A DNA stretch of 63,964 nt, filler included, from Chiloscyllium plagiosum (GCF_004010195.1; 5 parts of one record of this genome joined end to end with filler, not necessarily neighbours in it); one strand, 5' to 3'. Shown: positions 24,222 through 38,000, counted from the whole stretch's first letter. Notes: generated by a model not told the origin, from the letters alone. Program-made: numbers and translations.

Positions 24222-25974
24222 GAGCAGGCTTTGAGTGGTGTTCAGCAGGCTCCCGGTCCATATGTAAAATAATTGTTCTTGACTGACAATAGATGCATTC
24301 CAACAAGTGCAGGACTGCGAGAGAAGAGGTGATTATTTGTCTTTTCATTAAAGAAAAGGACGTAATCAAACCAACCCCCTGGAGAGTCCCTTTAAAGACA
24401 GTATGTTAAATCTGACCGTCAATTGTCATATGTTAATCATGCATCATCTCACCGAAAATTTGTTACTGCCGTAATAATACATCAGACTAGACAGTGACAT
24501 AGCACTGAAGGCCCTGGACAACAATCCAGAATTGAAACGTTATTTAATTTAAATTAAGGAAATATTATTGAATTAAAGCGAACCGAATGGCGACCATCTG
24601 ACCATACATCAAAACAAAACATGTAAAAAAAAACTTGTATTTGATGAAAGTCCTTTGAGGAAATAAAGCTGTCACTCTTACTTGGTGAGGACGACATTTG
24701 ACAACAAAATCACAGGGATGTGATTAAATATTCGCTGTCATCTGAAGTGTGACAATTATTGTTGGCAAATAAATGGAAGTAAATTATAAAAATAATAATA
24801 CTGCTGAATGCAAAAATCCGATTTCGAGGACAGTGGAGACACTGTTTTCAACATTTCACGCTTCCATTTCTTCAACGGAAATATTTTTCAAACAAAAATT
24901 TAATTCAATATAACTCCATTTTCATATCTGCAACACCAAGCTTCACTCCCCTCCTATTTGCTACTCTGCTACTCACCCTGTTTACCCTTCACACTTGTTA
25001 TAAAGTGAGTTCATCACTACCTGCCCCGAACCTTCTCCAAATGACTCTTCCACTTGTTTACCATCCCGTTAATTTATAAGCATTTGTCAGGGCTCTATTC
25101 TACTTTGGCGTTGTTTGATTATTGTTTGTGGACTGACCTGCAATCTCACACATTGTGGACAGGAAACCACCTCTCGTACAAAGTAATCAAGAGAACAGAG
25201 AGAACAAAGTTATAGTGAGGGAGGAGCAGTGGTAATCCACACACCAGCAAGTCTGCTCCGCCATTAAATAGAAGTGTTGCTCATCTGTGCCTCTCTGTGG
25301 ACTGCTTCAATGAAAAACCTCTGTTCTTTAAAAGTTAAGCATCGAATGGAAATGTGCAGAGAGGCAACAGGCCACGGCCACCCCCAAAGTCAACTTTGAT
25401 GAGCACGGAACATTGACCGAGTCAACACAGCCTGACATTCAGGACAGATGTTACAAAGCACCTGTACACACAACGGAGATAGAGTTTTGGAATTGCATGT
25501 CACAAACGGCTGTGAATTGCAGGGCAGTTTTTTTTTTCCAGGTTATAAGTTTATGTTTTTTTTAATTTATGTTGATCAATGTAATTAATGGATAGGGAGC
25601 AAAAAAGGCAAATGCCTTCTTGAATTATAGCACAGGACTGAACGACAGAATGTCCTACTGTATTTCCAGTTCCGCTTTGAAGTGAAAATAAAATCTCCAA
25701 TGGATATGCTTGCTCCACCTTTCCTCAATTTTTCTCATGGGATTTACTGCCGATAACACTTCTTAATCTGCGCCTTATCTGTACAATAACTATTTCCTGT
25801 ATGGATTCCTTGGTTTGCATTTGGTATGCACATTAGTTCGGACGCAGTCTCACCAATGCCACCCATGACAAGCGGAGAATCTCCCGACCACGGTATTCCA
25901 TTGCCCTCGGAATGAATGACAACATTCTATCAGTTTTCTTAAATGGCATCTTTTGTCATAATTTAGTCTTTTAG

Positions 25975-28910
25975 GCAGCTCATTCCATAAACGTACCACT
26001 CTCTGCGTAAAAAAAATTGCCCCTTAGGTCTCTTTTATATCTCACCCTAAACCTATGCCCTCTAGTTCTGGTCTCCCCGACACCAGGGAAAAGTCTTTGC
26101 CTTTTTATCCTATTCTTGCCCCTCATAATTTTGTAATCCTCTATTAGGTCACCGCTCAGCCTCCGACGCTCCAGGGATAACAAGCCCCAGCCTGTTCATC
26201 CTCTCCCTGTAGCTCAGATCTTCCAACCCTGGCAACATCCTTGCAAATCTTTTCTGACCATTTCAAGTCTCACAATATCTTTCCGATAGGAAGGAGACCA
26301 GAATTGGACACAATATTTCAACAGTGGCCTAACCAATGTCGTGTACAGTGGCAACATGACCTCCCAACTCCTGTATTCAGTATTCTGACTAATAAAGAAA
26401 AGCATACCAAACGCCTTCGTCACGATCCAATCTTACTGCGACTCCACTTTTAAGGAACTATGAACCAGCACTCCAAGGTCTCTTTGTTCAGCAACACTCC
26501 ATAGGACTTTACCATTAAGTGTATAAGTCCTGCTAAGATTTGCTTTCCCAAAATGCAGAATCTCGCATGTATCTGAATTAAACTCCATCTGCCACTTCTC
26601 AGCCCATTGGCCCATCTGGTCAAGATCCTGTTATAATCTGAGGTAACCCTCTTCGCTGTCCATTACACCTCAAATGTTGGTGTCATCTGCAAACTTACTA
26701 ACTGTACCTCTTATGCTCGCATCCAATTATTTTATGACAAAAAGTAAAGGGCCCAGCACCGACCCTTGTGGCACTCCACTGGTCACAGGCCTCCAGTCTG
26801 AAAAACAACCCTCCACGACCACCCTCTGTTTTCTACCTCTGAGCCAGTTCTATATCCTAATGGCTAGCTCTCCCTGTATTCCATGAGATCTAACCTTGCT
26901 AATCAATCTCCCATGTCGAACGCCTTACTGAAGTCCATATAGATCACATCTACTGCTCTGCCCGCATCAATCTTCTTTGTTACCGCTTCAAAAAACTCAG
27001 TCAAGTTTGTGAGACATGATTTCCCACGCACAAAGCCATGTTGACTATCCCGAATCAGTCCTGGCCTTTCCAAATACATGTACATCCTGTTCCTCAGGAT
27101 TCCCTCCAACAACCTGCCCACCACCGATGTCAGGCTCACTGGTCTATTGTTCCCTGGCTTGCCCTTACCACGCTTCCTAAACAGTGGCACCACGTTTGCC
27201 GACCTCCAGTCTTCTGGCATCTCACCTGTGACTATCGATGATACAAATATCTCAGCAAGAGGCCCAGCAATCACTTCTCTAGCTTCCCACAGAGTTCTCA
27301 GGTACACCGGATCAGGTCCTGGGGAGTTATCCACCTTTAACAGTTTCAAAAAATCCAGTACTTCCTCCTCTGAAGTCTTGACATTTTGCAAAATGTCACT
27401 ATCTATTTACCTACTGTCTATATCTTCCATATCCTTTTCCACAGTGAATACTGATGCAAAATATTCATTTAGCATCTCCCCATTTTCTGTGACTCCACAC
27501 AAAGGCCGCCTTGCTGATCTTTGACAGGCCCTGTTCTCTCTCAAGTTACCCTTTTTTCATTAATATATTTGTAAAATCCCTTAGAGTTCTCCTTAATTCT
27601 ATCTACCAAAGCTATCTCATGTCCCCGTTTTGCCCTCCTGATTTCCCTCTTAAGTATACTCCTACTTCCTTTATATTCTTCTAAGGATTTACTCAATCTA
27701 TTCCGTCTATACCTGACATATACTTCCTTCGTTCTCTTAACCAAACCCTCAATTTCTTTAGTCATCCAGCATTCCCTATAGTTACCACCCTTCCTTTTCA
27801 CCCTGACAGGAATATACTTTCTTTGGATTCTTGTTATCTCATTTCTGAAGCTTCCCATTTTGCAGCCATCCTTTTAACTGCGAACATCTGCCTTCTGATC
27901 ACCTTTTGAAAGTTCTTGCCCAATACCGTCAAAATTGGCCTTTCTCCAATTTAGAACTTCAACTTGTAGATCTGGTCTATTGTTTCCAATCACTATTTTA
28001 AAACGAATTGAATTATGTTCACTGGTCCCAAAGTGCTCCCCCGCTGACACCTCAGTCACGTGCCCTCCCTTATTTCCCAAGAGTAGGTCAGGTTTTGAAC
28101 CTTCTCTAGTCGGTACATCAACATACTAAATCAGACAATTTCCTTGTACACACTTAAGAAATTCCTCTCCATCTAAACCTTTAACACTATGGCAGTCACA
28201 TTTGATGTTTGGAAAGTTAATATCCCCTACCATAACCACCCTATTATTCTTACAGGTAGGTGAGATCTCCTTACAAGTTTGTTTATCAATTTTCCTCTGA
28301 CTGTTAGGGGGTCTATAATACAATCCCAATAAGGTGATCATCCCTTTCTTATTTCTCAGTTCCATCTAAATAACTTCCCTGGATGCATTTCCGGGAATAT
28401 CCTCCCTTAGAACAGCTGTAATGCTATCCCTTATCAAAAATGCGACTCCCCCTCCTCTTTTGCCACGGTTTCTATCCTTCCTGGAGCATTGTATCCTAGA
28501 AAATTTAGCTGCCAGTCCTGCCCATCCCTGAGCCATGTTTCCGTAATTGCTATGATATCCCAGTCCCATGTTCCTAACCATGCCCTGAGTTCATCTGTCT
28601 TCCATGTTAGGCCCCTTGCATTGAAATAAATGCAGTTTAATTTATTAGTCATCCCTTGTCCCTGTCTGGCCTGACTATTTGACTCACTTCTGTTCTCAGC
28701 TGTACCAGTGTCTGATCGATCTCTTTCCTCACTGTCTCCCTGGGTCCCACCCCGCCTCCCTCACCTGACTAGTTTAAATCCTCCCAAACAGTTCTAGCAA
28801 ATTTTCCTGTCAGTATATTAGTCCTCTTCCAATTTAGTTTCTAAATGTCCTTCTTGTACAGGTCACTTCTACCCCAAAAGAGATTCCAATGATCCAAAAA
28901 TGTGAATCCT
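25975..28910 (-). mobile_element. CR1 LINE ORF2 (APE + RT), nearly complete but fragmented
   Basis: LNCIYFNARGL...IAITETWL, GLYYRPP...MVGDINFP, EDWRSANVVPLF...SQHGFVRGKSCLTNL...YMDFSKAFD, KWQMEFN and ERRRLSGDLI. Confidence 0.95.
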
Positions 28911-29925
28911 TTTCCCATTGAACTCCATTTGCCATTTTTCTGTCAAGATTTTCAATTTATCTATATTCCTTTCAATGCAAAGACACGCCCCTTCACTGTC
29001 TGCTACTCCATAATTCTTAATACAATCTGCAAACTTGTGAATCTCCACCTGTACCTTTCTCCAAATCTGTTATGTATATGACCAACAACACTGGTTCGTC
29101 ACGGATCCCTGTGGAACACCACTGTTCACAGGTCTCCATTTTGTGAAAATCCCTTCCATTACAATTTTTTATCTTCTGTTGCCCAGCCAGTTCTCTATTA
29201 GCCACCTCGCTATTACACCCTGCACTCCATGCGCCTTCACATTCTTCATCAGTCTACCATGGGGTAACTTATTTAATGCCTGACTAAATTACTTGCACAT
29301 GGCATCGACAGCTGTTCCACGATCAATTAACTTTGTCAATTGCTCAAATAATTCTAGTAGATTTCTAAGAAATAATCATGCCTGCACAAAACTGTATTGC
29401 AAATCAACGACAAGCCCGTTTTGTTCAACATGGAAATAGATGCTATCCCTTTGCATCTTCGCCAGCAGCTTCATTATCACTAACGTCAGTCTCACCAGTC
29501 CATAATTACCTGCATTATCCCTGCGGCACTTATGAAAAAAAACAACATTAACAATTCTCCCCGGACCTAACCAATGTTCATGAATTCACAAACATATCTG
29601 TTAAGGCCGCAGCTATTTCTTCTCTCGTTTCCCTGAGTAACATATGATAGATCCCATCTTGACCTGGGACTTGTCAACCTTAATGTTTTTGATAATACCC
29701 AACACGTCCTAACCCCTCATGCTGACTAGGTCATTTGCAATCAGATATCCATCCTTAGCCTTAACATCTGTCAGGTCCCTCTCCTCGTGAATACTCAATA
29801 AGAAATTAATCAATTTTCTCTGATCCAATACATGCCTTTCATCCTTTGTCCTTGAGTTGTCTAACCCTCTCTCTAGTTATTGTCTTGTTCCTTATCTACG
29901 AAAAAAGGCTTTAGGATTTTCCTTA
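28910..29925 (-). mobile_element. Older CR1 RT fragment (duplicated at about 32611-33325)
   Basis: RRDNPGNYGLVRLTLVIMKLL-type text and a GVPQGS-like segment. Confidence 0.8.
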
Positions 29926-29929
29926 ACGT

Positions 29930-31150
29930 TGTATGATAAAGATACGTTGTGGTTCTGTTAGCCGAGCTGGGAATTTGTGTAGCAGACTTTTCGTCCCCTG
30001 TCTAGGTTACATCATCAGGGCTTGGGAGCCTCCTGTGAAGCGTTTCTGTGATGTTTCCAGCTGTGATTTCCAGCTGGCCGCTGCAGTGGCTGGTATATTG
30101 GGTCCAGGTCGATGTGCTTGTTGATAGAAATCTGTGGATGAGTGCAATTCCTCGAGGAATTCCCTAGCTGTTCTCTGTTTGACTTGTCCTATAATAGTAG
30201 GGTTGTCCCAGTCAAACTTATGTTGCTTGCCATCTGAATGTATGGCTACTAGGGATAGCTGGTCATGTCGTTTCGTGGCTAGTTGGTGTTCATGGATGCG
30301 GATCGTTAGCTGTCTTCTGGTTCGTCCTATGTAGTGGCTACTAGGGATAGCTGGTCATGTCGTTTCGTGGCTAGTTGGTGTTCATGGATGCGGATCGTTA
30401 GCTGTCTTCTGGTTCGTCCTATGTAGTGTTTTGTGCAGTCCTTGCATGGGATTTTGTACACTACATTGGTTTTGCCCATGCTGGGTATCGGGTCAGTCGT
30501 CCTGGTGAGTTGTTGTCTGAGAGTTGGTTTCTGTGCTTTTTTTAGATTAGATTACATTACATTACAGTGTGGAAACAGGCCCTTCGGGCCAACGAGTCCA
30601 CACCGACCCGCCGAAGCGCAAACCACCCATACCCCTACACATACTTACCTAACACTACGGGCAATTTAGCATGGCTAATTCACCTGACCTGCACATCTTT
30701 GGACTTTGGGAGGAAACCGGAGCACCCGGAGGAAACCCACGCAGACACGGGGAGAACGTGCAAACTCCACACAGTCAGTCGCCTGAGGTGGGAATTGAAC
30801 CCGGGTCTCCGGCGCTGTGAGGCAGCAGTGCTAACCACTGTGCCACCAAGCCGCCCACAACCACTGTGCCACCATGCCGCTCATGCTCTTATGAGTCCTT
30901 GTGGTTGCAGTAGTCTGGCTGTCAGTTCGGAAATGTTTTTGGCGTATGTCGTGTGGCTAGTCCTTTGAGTGTGGTATGTCCTCATTCTGTTGTCTTTCCC
31001 TTAGGCATCTATTGTAAAATTGTGGCAGAATCTGATTGGTTATTAGGATACATTGTAGGCTTGTGTGTTTGGTTATGCTAAAATAGCGGAGGTGCGTAGT
31101 GGCTTTTTGAAAAACATAAACATTTGAGTATTCTCGATTTTGCTGGCTTT
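29930..31150 (-). mobile_element. Penelope (Poseidon-type) element 3' part with GIY-YIG endonuclease, copy 1
   Basis: NVVYKIPCKDCTKHYIG...RIHEH-like sequence, hammerhead motif near 29983-30021, and an internal ~92-bp tandem duplication at 30243-30426. Confidence 0.88.
30542..30882 (-). mobile_element. Young tRNA-derived SINE (HE1-like) inserted into the Penelope copy
   Basis: On the minus strand: A-box tggcacagtggtt, B-box ggttcaattccc, conserved core and (taatc/taatg)n tail. Absent from duplicate unit 2. Confidence 0.93.
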
Positions 31151-31393
31151 CTGGGATGACTTCGTTAAATCTCAGAGTTGTGGATTACTGCAATGACCGT
31201 TGCTACCTTTGGGAGAAATTGAAAAATGCATAACGAGCTAAAGAGCCTTTCCCAGAATTTATCACGGTGCATTTCCAGTCATATAAGAAAGGGCAGAAAC
31301 TAAATATTCCCCCCGTCTGTCTCTGCACAGATGGTCCTCCACGAGTTGAATATTTGCAGGATTTTTCATTATAATTTACAAATTCACCTGGGA

Positions 31394-32610
31394 CTCTCTC
31401 TCAAGTTACCCTTTTGTCCTTAATATATTTGTAAAATCCCTTAGAATTCTCCTTAATTCTATCTACCAAAGCTATCTCATGTCCCCGTTTTTCCCTCCTG
31501 GTTTCCCTCTTAAGTATACTCCTACTTCCTTTATATTCTTCTAAGGATTTACTCAATCTATCCCGTCTATACCTGACATATGCTTCCTTCGTTCTCTTAA
31601 CCAAACCCTCAATTTCTTTCGTCATCCAGCATTCCCTACAGTTACCACCCTTCCTTTTCACCATGACAGGAATATACTTTCTTTGGATTCTTGTTATCTC
31701 ATTTCTGAAGCTTCCCATTTTGCAGCCATCCTTTTAACTGCGAACATCTACCTCCTAATCACCTTTTGAAAGTTCTTGCCTAATACCGTCAAAATTGGCC
31801 TTTCTCCAATTTAGAACTTCAACTTTTAGATCTGGTCGATCGTTTCCAATCACGATTTTAAAACGAATTGAATTATGTTCACTGGCCCCAACGTGCTCCC
31901 CCGCTGACACCTCAGTCACGTGCGCTGCCTTATTTCCCTAGAGTAGGTCAGGTTTTGAACCTTCTCTAGTAGGTACATCAACATACTAAATCAGACAATT
32001 TTCTTGTACACACTTAAGAAATTTCTCTCCATCTAAACCTTTAACACTATGGCAGTCACAGTTGATGTTTGGAAAGTTAATATCCCCTACCATAACCACC
32101 CTATTATTCTTACAGGTAGGTAAGATCTCCTTACAAGTTTGTTTATCAATTTCCCTCTGACTGTTAGGGGGTCTATAATACAATCCCAATAAGGTGATTA
32201 TCCCTTTCTTATTTCTCAGTTCCATCTAAATAACTTCCCTGGATGCATTTACGGGAATATCCTCCCTTAGAAAAGCTGTAATGCTATCCCTTATCAAACA
32301 TGCGACTCCCCCTCCTCTTTTGCCACGGTTTCTATCCTTCCTGGAGCATTGTATCCTGGAAAATTTAGCTGCCAGTCCTGCCCATCCCTGAGCCATGTTT
32401 CCGTAATTGCTATGATATCCCAGTCCCATGTTCCTAACCATGCCCTGAGTTCATCTGTCTTCCATGTTAGGCCCCTTGCATTGAAATAAATGCAGTTTAA
32501 TTTATTAGTCATACCTTGTCCCTACCTGCCCTAACTGTTTGACTCACTTCTGTTCTCAGCTGTACCAGTGTCAGATCGATCTCTTTCCTCACTATCTCCC
32601 TGGGTCCCAC
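31394..32610 (-). mobile_element. Duplicated CR1 ORF2 fragment (APE region)
   Basis: Near-identical to 27534-28750. Confidence 0.93.
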
Positions 32611-33329
32611 CTATTACACCCTGCACTCCATGCGCCTTCACATTCTTCATCAGTCTACCATGGGGTAACTTATTTAATGCCTTACTAAATTACTTGCACA
32701 TGGCATCGACAGCTGTTCCACGATCAATTAACTTTGTCAATTGCTCAAATAATTCTAGTAGATTTCTAAGAAATAATCATGCCTGCACAAGACTGTATTG
32801 CAAATCAACGACAAGCCCGTTTTGTTCAACATGGAAATAGATGCTATCCCTTTGCATCTTCGCCAGCAGCTTCATTATCACTAACGTCAGTCTCACCAGT
32901 CCATAATTACCTGGATTATCCCTGCGGTACTTATGAAAAAAAACAACATTAACAATTCTCCGGGACCTAACCAATGTTCATGAATTCTACAAACATATCT
33001 GTTAAGGTCACAGCTATTTCTTCTCTCGTTTCCCTGAGTAACATATGATAGATCCCATCTTGACCTGGGACTTGTCAACCTTAATGTTTTTGATAATACC
33101 CAACACGTCCTAACCCCTCATGCTGACTAGGTCATTTGCAATCAGATATCCATCCTTAGCCTTAACATCTGTCAGGTCCCTCTCCTCGTGAATACTCAAT
33201 AAGAAATTAATCCATTTTCTCTGATCCAATACATGCCTTTCATCCTTTGTCCTTGAGTTGTCTAACCCTCTCTGTAGTTACCATCTTGTTCCTTATCTAC
33301 GAAAAAAAACGCTTTAGGATTTTCCTTAA

Positions 33330-34130
33330 CGTTGTATGATAAAGATACGTTGTGGTTCTGTTAGCCGAGCTGGGAATTTGTGTAGCAGACTTTTCGTCCC
33401 CTGTCTAGGTGACATCATCAGGGCTTGGGAGCCTCCTGTGAAGCGTTTCTGTGATGTTTCCGGCTGTGATTTCCAGCTGGCCGCTGCAGTGGCTGGTATA
33501 TTGGGTCCAGGTCGATGTGCTTGTTGATAGAAATCTGTGGATGAGTGCAATTCCTCGAGGAATTCCCTAGCTGTTCTCTATTTGACTTGTCCTATAATAG
33601 TAGGGTTGTCCCAGTCAAACTCATGTTGCTTGCCATCTGAATGTATGGCTACTAGGGATAGCTGGTTATGTCGTTTCGTGGCTAGTTGGTGTTCATGGAT
33701 GCGGATCGTTAGCTGTCTTCTAGTTCGTCCTATGTCGTGTTTTGTGCAGTCCTTGCATGGGATTTTGTACACTACATTGGTTTTGCCCATGCTGGGTATC
33801 GGGTCAGTCGTCCTGGTGAGTTGTTGTCTGAGAGTAGCTGTTGGTTTGTGTGCTGTTATGAGTCCTTGTGGTTGCAGTAGTCTGGCTGTCAGTTCGGAAA
33901 TGTTTTTGATGTATGTCGTGTGGCTCGTCCTTTGAGTTGTGGCATGTCCTCATTCCGTGGTCTTTCCCTTAGGCATCTATTGTAAAATTGTGGCAGAATC
34001 TGATTGGTTATTAGGATACATTGTAGGCTTGTGTGTTTGGTTCTGCTAAAATAGCGGAGGTGAGTAGTGGCTTTTTGAAAAACATAAATATTTGAGTATT
34101 CTCGATTTTGCTGGCTTTCTGGGATGACTT
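33330..34130 (-). mobile_element. Penelope (Poseidon-type) element 3' part, copy 2
   Basis: ORF 33578-33790 MGKTNVVYKIPCKDCTKHDIGRTRRQLTIRIHEH...HEFDWDN (GIY-YIG). Confidence 0.9.
33386..33424 (-). ncRNA. Minimal hammerhead ribozyme motif (Poseidon-type pLTR)
   Basis: Reverse complement: gcc CTGATGA t gtcacct agac aggggac GAAA agtc tgc. Confidence 0.7.
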
Positions 34131-34439
34131 CGTTAAATCTCAGAGTTGTGGATTACTGCAATGACCGTTGCTACCTTTGGGAGAAATTGAAAAATGCATA
34201 ACGAGCTAAAGAGCCTTTCCCAGAATTTATCACGGTGCATTTCCAGTCATATAAGAAAGGGCAGAACCCCCCCGTCCCCCCGTCTATCTCTGCACAGATG
34301 GTCCCCCACGAGTTGAATATTTTCAGGATTTTTCTTTATAATTTAGAAATTCACCTGGGACAGCTGCTCCCTCTATCCACAAACGATTTTGCTTCAGATT
34401 GAAATGCCTGATGATCATTTTCCTCTGCTTGATGTGCCA

Positions 34440-34770
34440 GTGCTCCCTGATCCATGTCAACAGAAGCTGCTCCAGGTGAGGTTGGAGCTCCCAGCCTGAT
34501 GTGTCAATGCTATCTCCTGCATGTCAATGGAATCTGCTCCAGGTGAGTTTGGAGCTCCTGGCCTGTTGCTCCAATGCTCCATGTTGCTCCATGTCAATAG
34601 AAGCTGCTCTGGGTGACGTTGGAGCTCACAGCCTAATGTGTCAATGCTGCTTACTCCATATCAATCGAAGCTGCTCCTGATCAGGTTGGATCTCCCAGCC
34701 TGATACCCCAGTGCTCCCTGCCCCATGTCAATAGAAGCTCAGCAAGGTGATTTTGGATCTCCCAGATTCA
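34440..34770. repeat. Degenerate ~68-bp minisatellite, about 5 units
   Basis: ccatgtcaatagaagctgctccaggtgaggttggagctcccagcctgat recurs at about 34452, 34519, 34589, 34657 and 34723. Confidence 0.85.
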
Positions 34771-34907
34771 GCATTTTACGCACCCCTATACCATAATAGA
34801 AGACCCGTGCGCTCACCAATTGCTTCACTGTCGCCAAAGGGTCGCTCCACGCCCTCATTCTCATCTCCATTTCCGGTGGTATCTTTCTGTTTCTCTATCA
34901 TGCTTAC

Positions 34908-35070
34908 TGACATTGCATCCAAAAACTCGCCGAATATCTGCAACAGGGGACCTTCATCATATTTCTCATCACTATCAATATTGTACTTCAAAAACACATG
35001 CTTCCACATGTACTTTTTCAGCGTGTAAGTATTTCATTTTGTCAAAAGTATGCAAATGGTGGAAAATACT
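34908..35070 (-). pseudogene. Possible orphan (pseudo)exon with an EF-hand-like motif
   Basis: Acceptor ttcttttttaaacag and donor ca|gtaagc flank TLKKYMWKHVFLKYNIDSDEKYDEGPLLQIFGEFLDAMS. There is an in-frame stop upstream within the putative exon. Confidence 0.3.
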
Positions 35071-38000
35071 CTGTTTAAAAAAGAATACATTGTATACCAG
35101 ATGTTATGTGACTGCTACTTAGCAAAGATAGTGCTGATAAGGGAGATCAGCTCCTTTATTTTCTGTCTGGGAATGTGGCTTTAATTTTTGAAGTTGGAAT
35201 TGTTCTCTGTATCTCTCTCTTCAAATAAGTTGATAATGCTATCAGTCCCTTAAAATGTTAAGCGATCTTCTGTTGGCCACTCTCACTGCGCTAATCGCCT
35301 GTTAATGACATATCAACAAATGCACATTAAGTCATTTCTCACTTTTTTTTGCTGCATTAATCAGCGCTTACCACTAGCGAGCAGCAATAGAAACAAGGGA
35401 AATCAATGAGTCATTAAACTAAACCAAACGAATGGCAACTTTTGGAAATTAGAAAGAAAAACAGAAATTGCTGGAAATGCTCATTAGTTTTGGCATTGTA
35501 GTTGGAGAGAAATCACAGGGAACGTTTCGACTTCCAGGAGCATTCCTGGGATCAGTTCGTAGCGAGGAAAAGGTTGATTCATAATGCAGGAATAGGTTGG
35601 CAGGGGGGGCAAATGTAAAAGGTAGGTTGAGAAAGAACCCAGAGGGAAAGTTCAGATTGATAGAGAAATAAATGTAACCCGATCAGTCTGGCAGATTGAA
35701 TAGCTATGCGTGGATAGCTGGTGGTGAATGATGGACATGTGATAGCAGACTGCGTGATAACACGATTTTGTTTGGAGGGGTTTGTGTGAGTAGATGTGAA
35801 GTTGCCTCAAAATGTTAAACTATTGAACTAAATATAAGTGTTGGTCTGCAGAATTTTTAAACAACGTGTAACCCTCTTTGTCCATTCAGAGTCGCTCCAC
35901 TGGCAAGTTCTCTGCTGTGATTGGACAGCTTGCTGTCTCTGCTCTGACCCACCCCACATAAGAAAAGTCTCGTTTATTTTGTTCTGGCTCTCTGTACCTT
36001 TCCTGTCGAGATAAATCACTTCTTCCACCTCTGTTACAAATTTCATCTGACACTTGTCCGCCCGCTCCAGCTTATACTCAATCTCACTTCCTTCACAATC
36101 CTTGGTGCATTTTATCTGCTTTTAGTCAAAAGCAGACAGCCTATCCAATATCTGCCTATATGAATGTTTAAGCAAACTTTGTAATTCACGATTCCCCTTC
36201 CCAAAACCATGCCGACTCTGCTTGATTTTAAAATGTATTTCCAAATGCTCTTTATTCCCATTTCTATTACTGTTTCTTACATTTTCCCAATGGCATTACA
36301 GTCTTGAAACTGAATTTAATGAATCTTGTAGATTTATTTTAGGCTGTGCACTCATAAAAAGAGACAATGAAAGTTACGAACAGTCAATGAAAACCGAACT
36401 GATCCTTTTAAGCCCTTCAGAGAGGGAATCTTCTCTAGCCTCCATCGGTTAGTGGGAGAAGAGAGATGGCTGGTAGGAGAGGTGATTGAGCTCTAACTAT
36501 TGGCAAAATCTCCCAAACCACTTCCATGAAGTATTAGGGGTGCAGGCGTCGGTGGCCCTCATCATCAGTGAAGCTCCTTCCAGAGTGTGCATCTTTGGTA
36601 AAGCTACTACAAGAAATAAGGGGGCTTGCAGCATTTGCACCTGCGATCTCTCGCATTCTGATACGACACAAACACCTGAAAGAAAATCATAAAACTAGAC
36701 CAATGAGCCACTGCCGACAGCAAGCGCCCACTTCTGACAAGCTGAGAATTCGCTCAGCATGTAATATATTCCACATTGGTGAAGGAATTCCAAACAGCAA
36801 ATTGTTTCCAGAACTTTTGCTTCTAATCTGCCTCCCTGCTCCTGGATGGTGCTATACAGCACGACTCATAGTAAGATGCTGAGCTGGCGAAACATAACGA
36901 AATGGACACTAGAGACTAATCCCTCAGGTAAACTCTGAGTTCAGTTTTGTGTTCAGAATCTGTCTTCACAAAGGCAATCCTGCAGAAAGTGTTTTTCTGA
37001 TCTAACCATCAATTTATTTGCGCCGACCTGTCAGCAGTTAACATCAAAGCCACAACTGTCCCAGAGGAAGGGAATCAAGTACAGCCTTCACTCACTGAGA
37101 GTCTCCCTACGGCCCTGAGCTGCGGGGCTGCAGACAGTCCGACGCGGAAATTTGGTTTAAAATGAGCCACTGTTTCTCTCTAAGCCGCTCTGTCCCAGGG
37201 AGAGGGGTAGCATCAATGCGTGACGTCATACTCGTGCAGACCGAAGCCATTCAGCCCATCGAGTCCATGGCGACTTACTGTCGCTTGTATCTTTCTGAGG
37301 TTATTCACAATTGGCGATACATGTTCTAATGATGGAGACTGCGTCTGTGTCCTGATGGTGTGTCCAACATGCCGATCGTCTGATCGTACATGTCTGAACT
37401 GGCGTGGCTAATTGCTGCAGGAAATGGGCAAAACCACACGTAATGTGTTTTAGCTTCACCAGTTCATTCACACCGTAGAAAACAGTTTCTATTACTCGAA
37501 CCAGACCGACAGAGAATAGGAAAACACTCAATCCTTCACCTGTGGAATTTTGGCCAGTGTGCTAATTTGAGATATTTGTTTCACATACATGAAGTTAAGG
37601 GATGGAGAAAGGTGATCAAAACGCACAGCACGGAACACTTACAATAGGCATTGTCACATAGAGCTGGCTGATCCAGCAAATAACAGTGAATAATTTTGAC
37701 CTCTCGACTTGTGGGATTATGAGACCTGCAAACTCCCACTACCTCCTACCTGCAGTGCAAATTCTCATGAGATGTATTCAGATTTTCATCTGGCATGTGG
37801 CATTCATGTTCCAAAATGATGATAAAAGATTTCCACTGCTGTCGTGCAATATGCAACAGCTCGAACATGTTGTGGCTGAGTAAAGATCAACTTTGTCTAC
37901 ATTCGCAAATTCTGTTTTTCGAAATGTGATTTCACTTAGAATCACAAAATTTCAAAAATATCTATGTTCAAACTTCACCCCAGTGCACTCAGCAATATTT

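Larger units (their letters stand above)
27534..34360. repeat. Tandem segmental duplication: unit 1 ~27534-31393, unit 2 ~31394-34360
   Basis: Both units begin ctctctcaagttacc and end aattcacctggga. The ORF pairs are near-identical (27541/31401, 28126/31986, 28434/32294, 29933/33336). Confidence 0.95.

Noticed and set aside
35828..36115. Protein-like minus-strand ORF with an apparent splice acceptor
   Set aside because: ERADKCQMKFVTEVEEVIYLDRK is a decayed CR1 RT segment (WADKWQMKFNxEKCEVIHFGRK).
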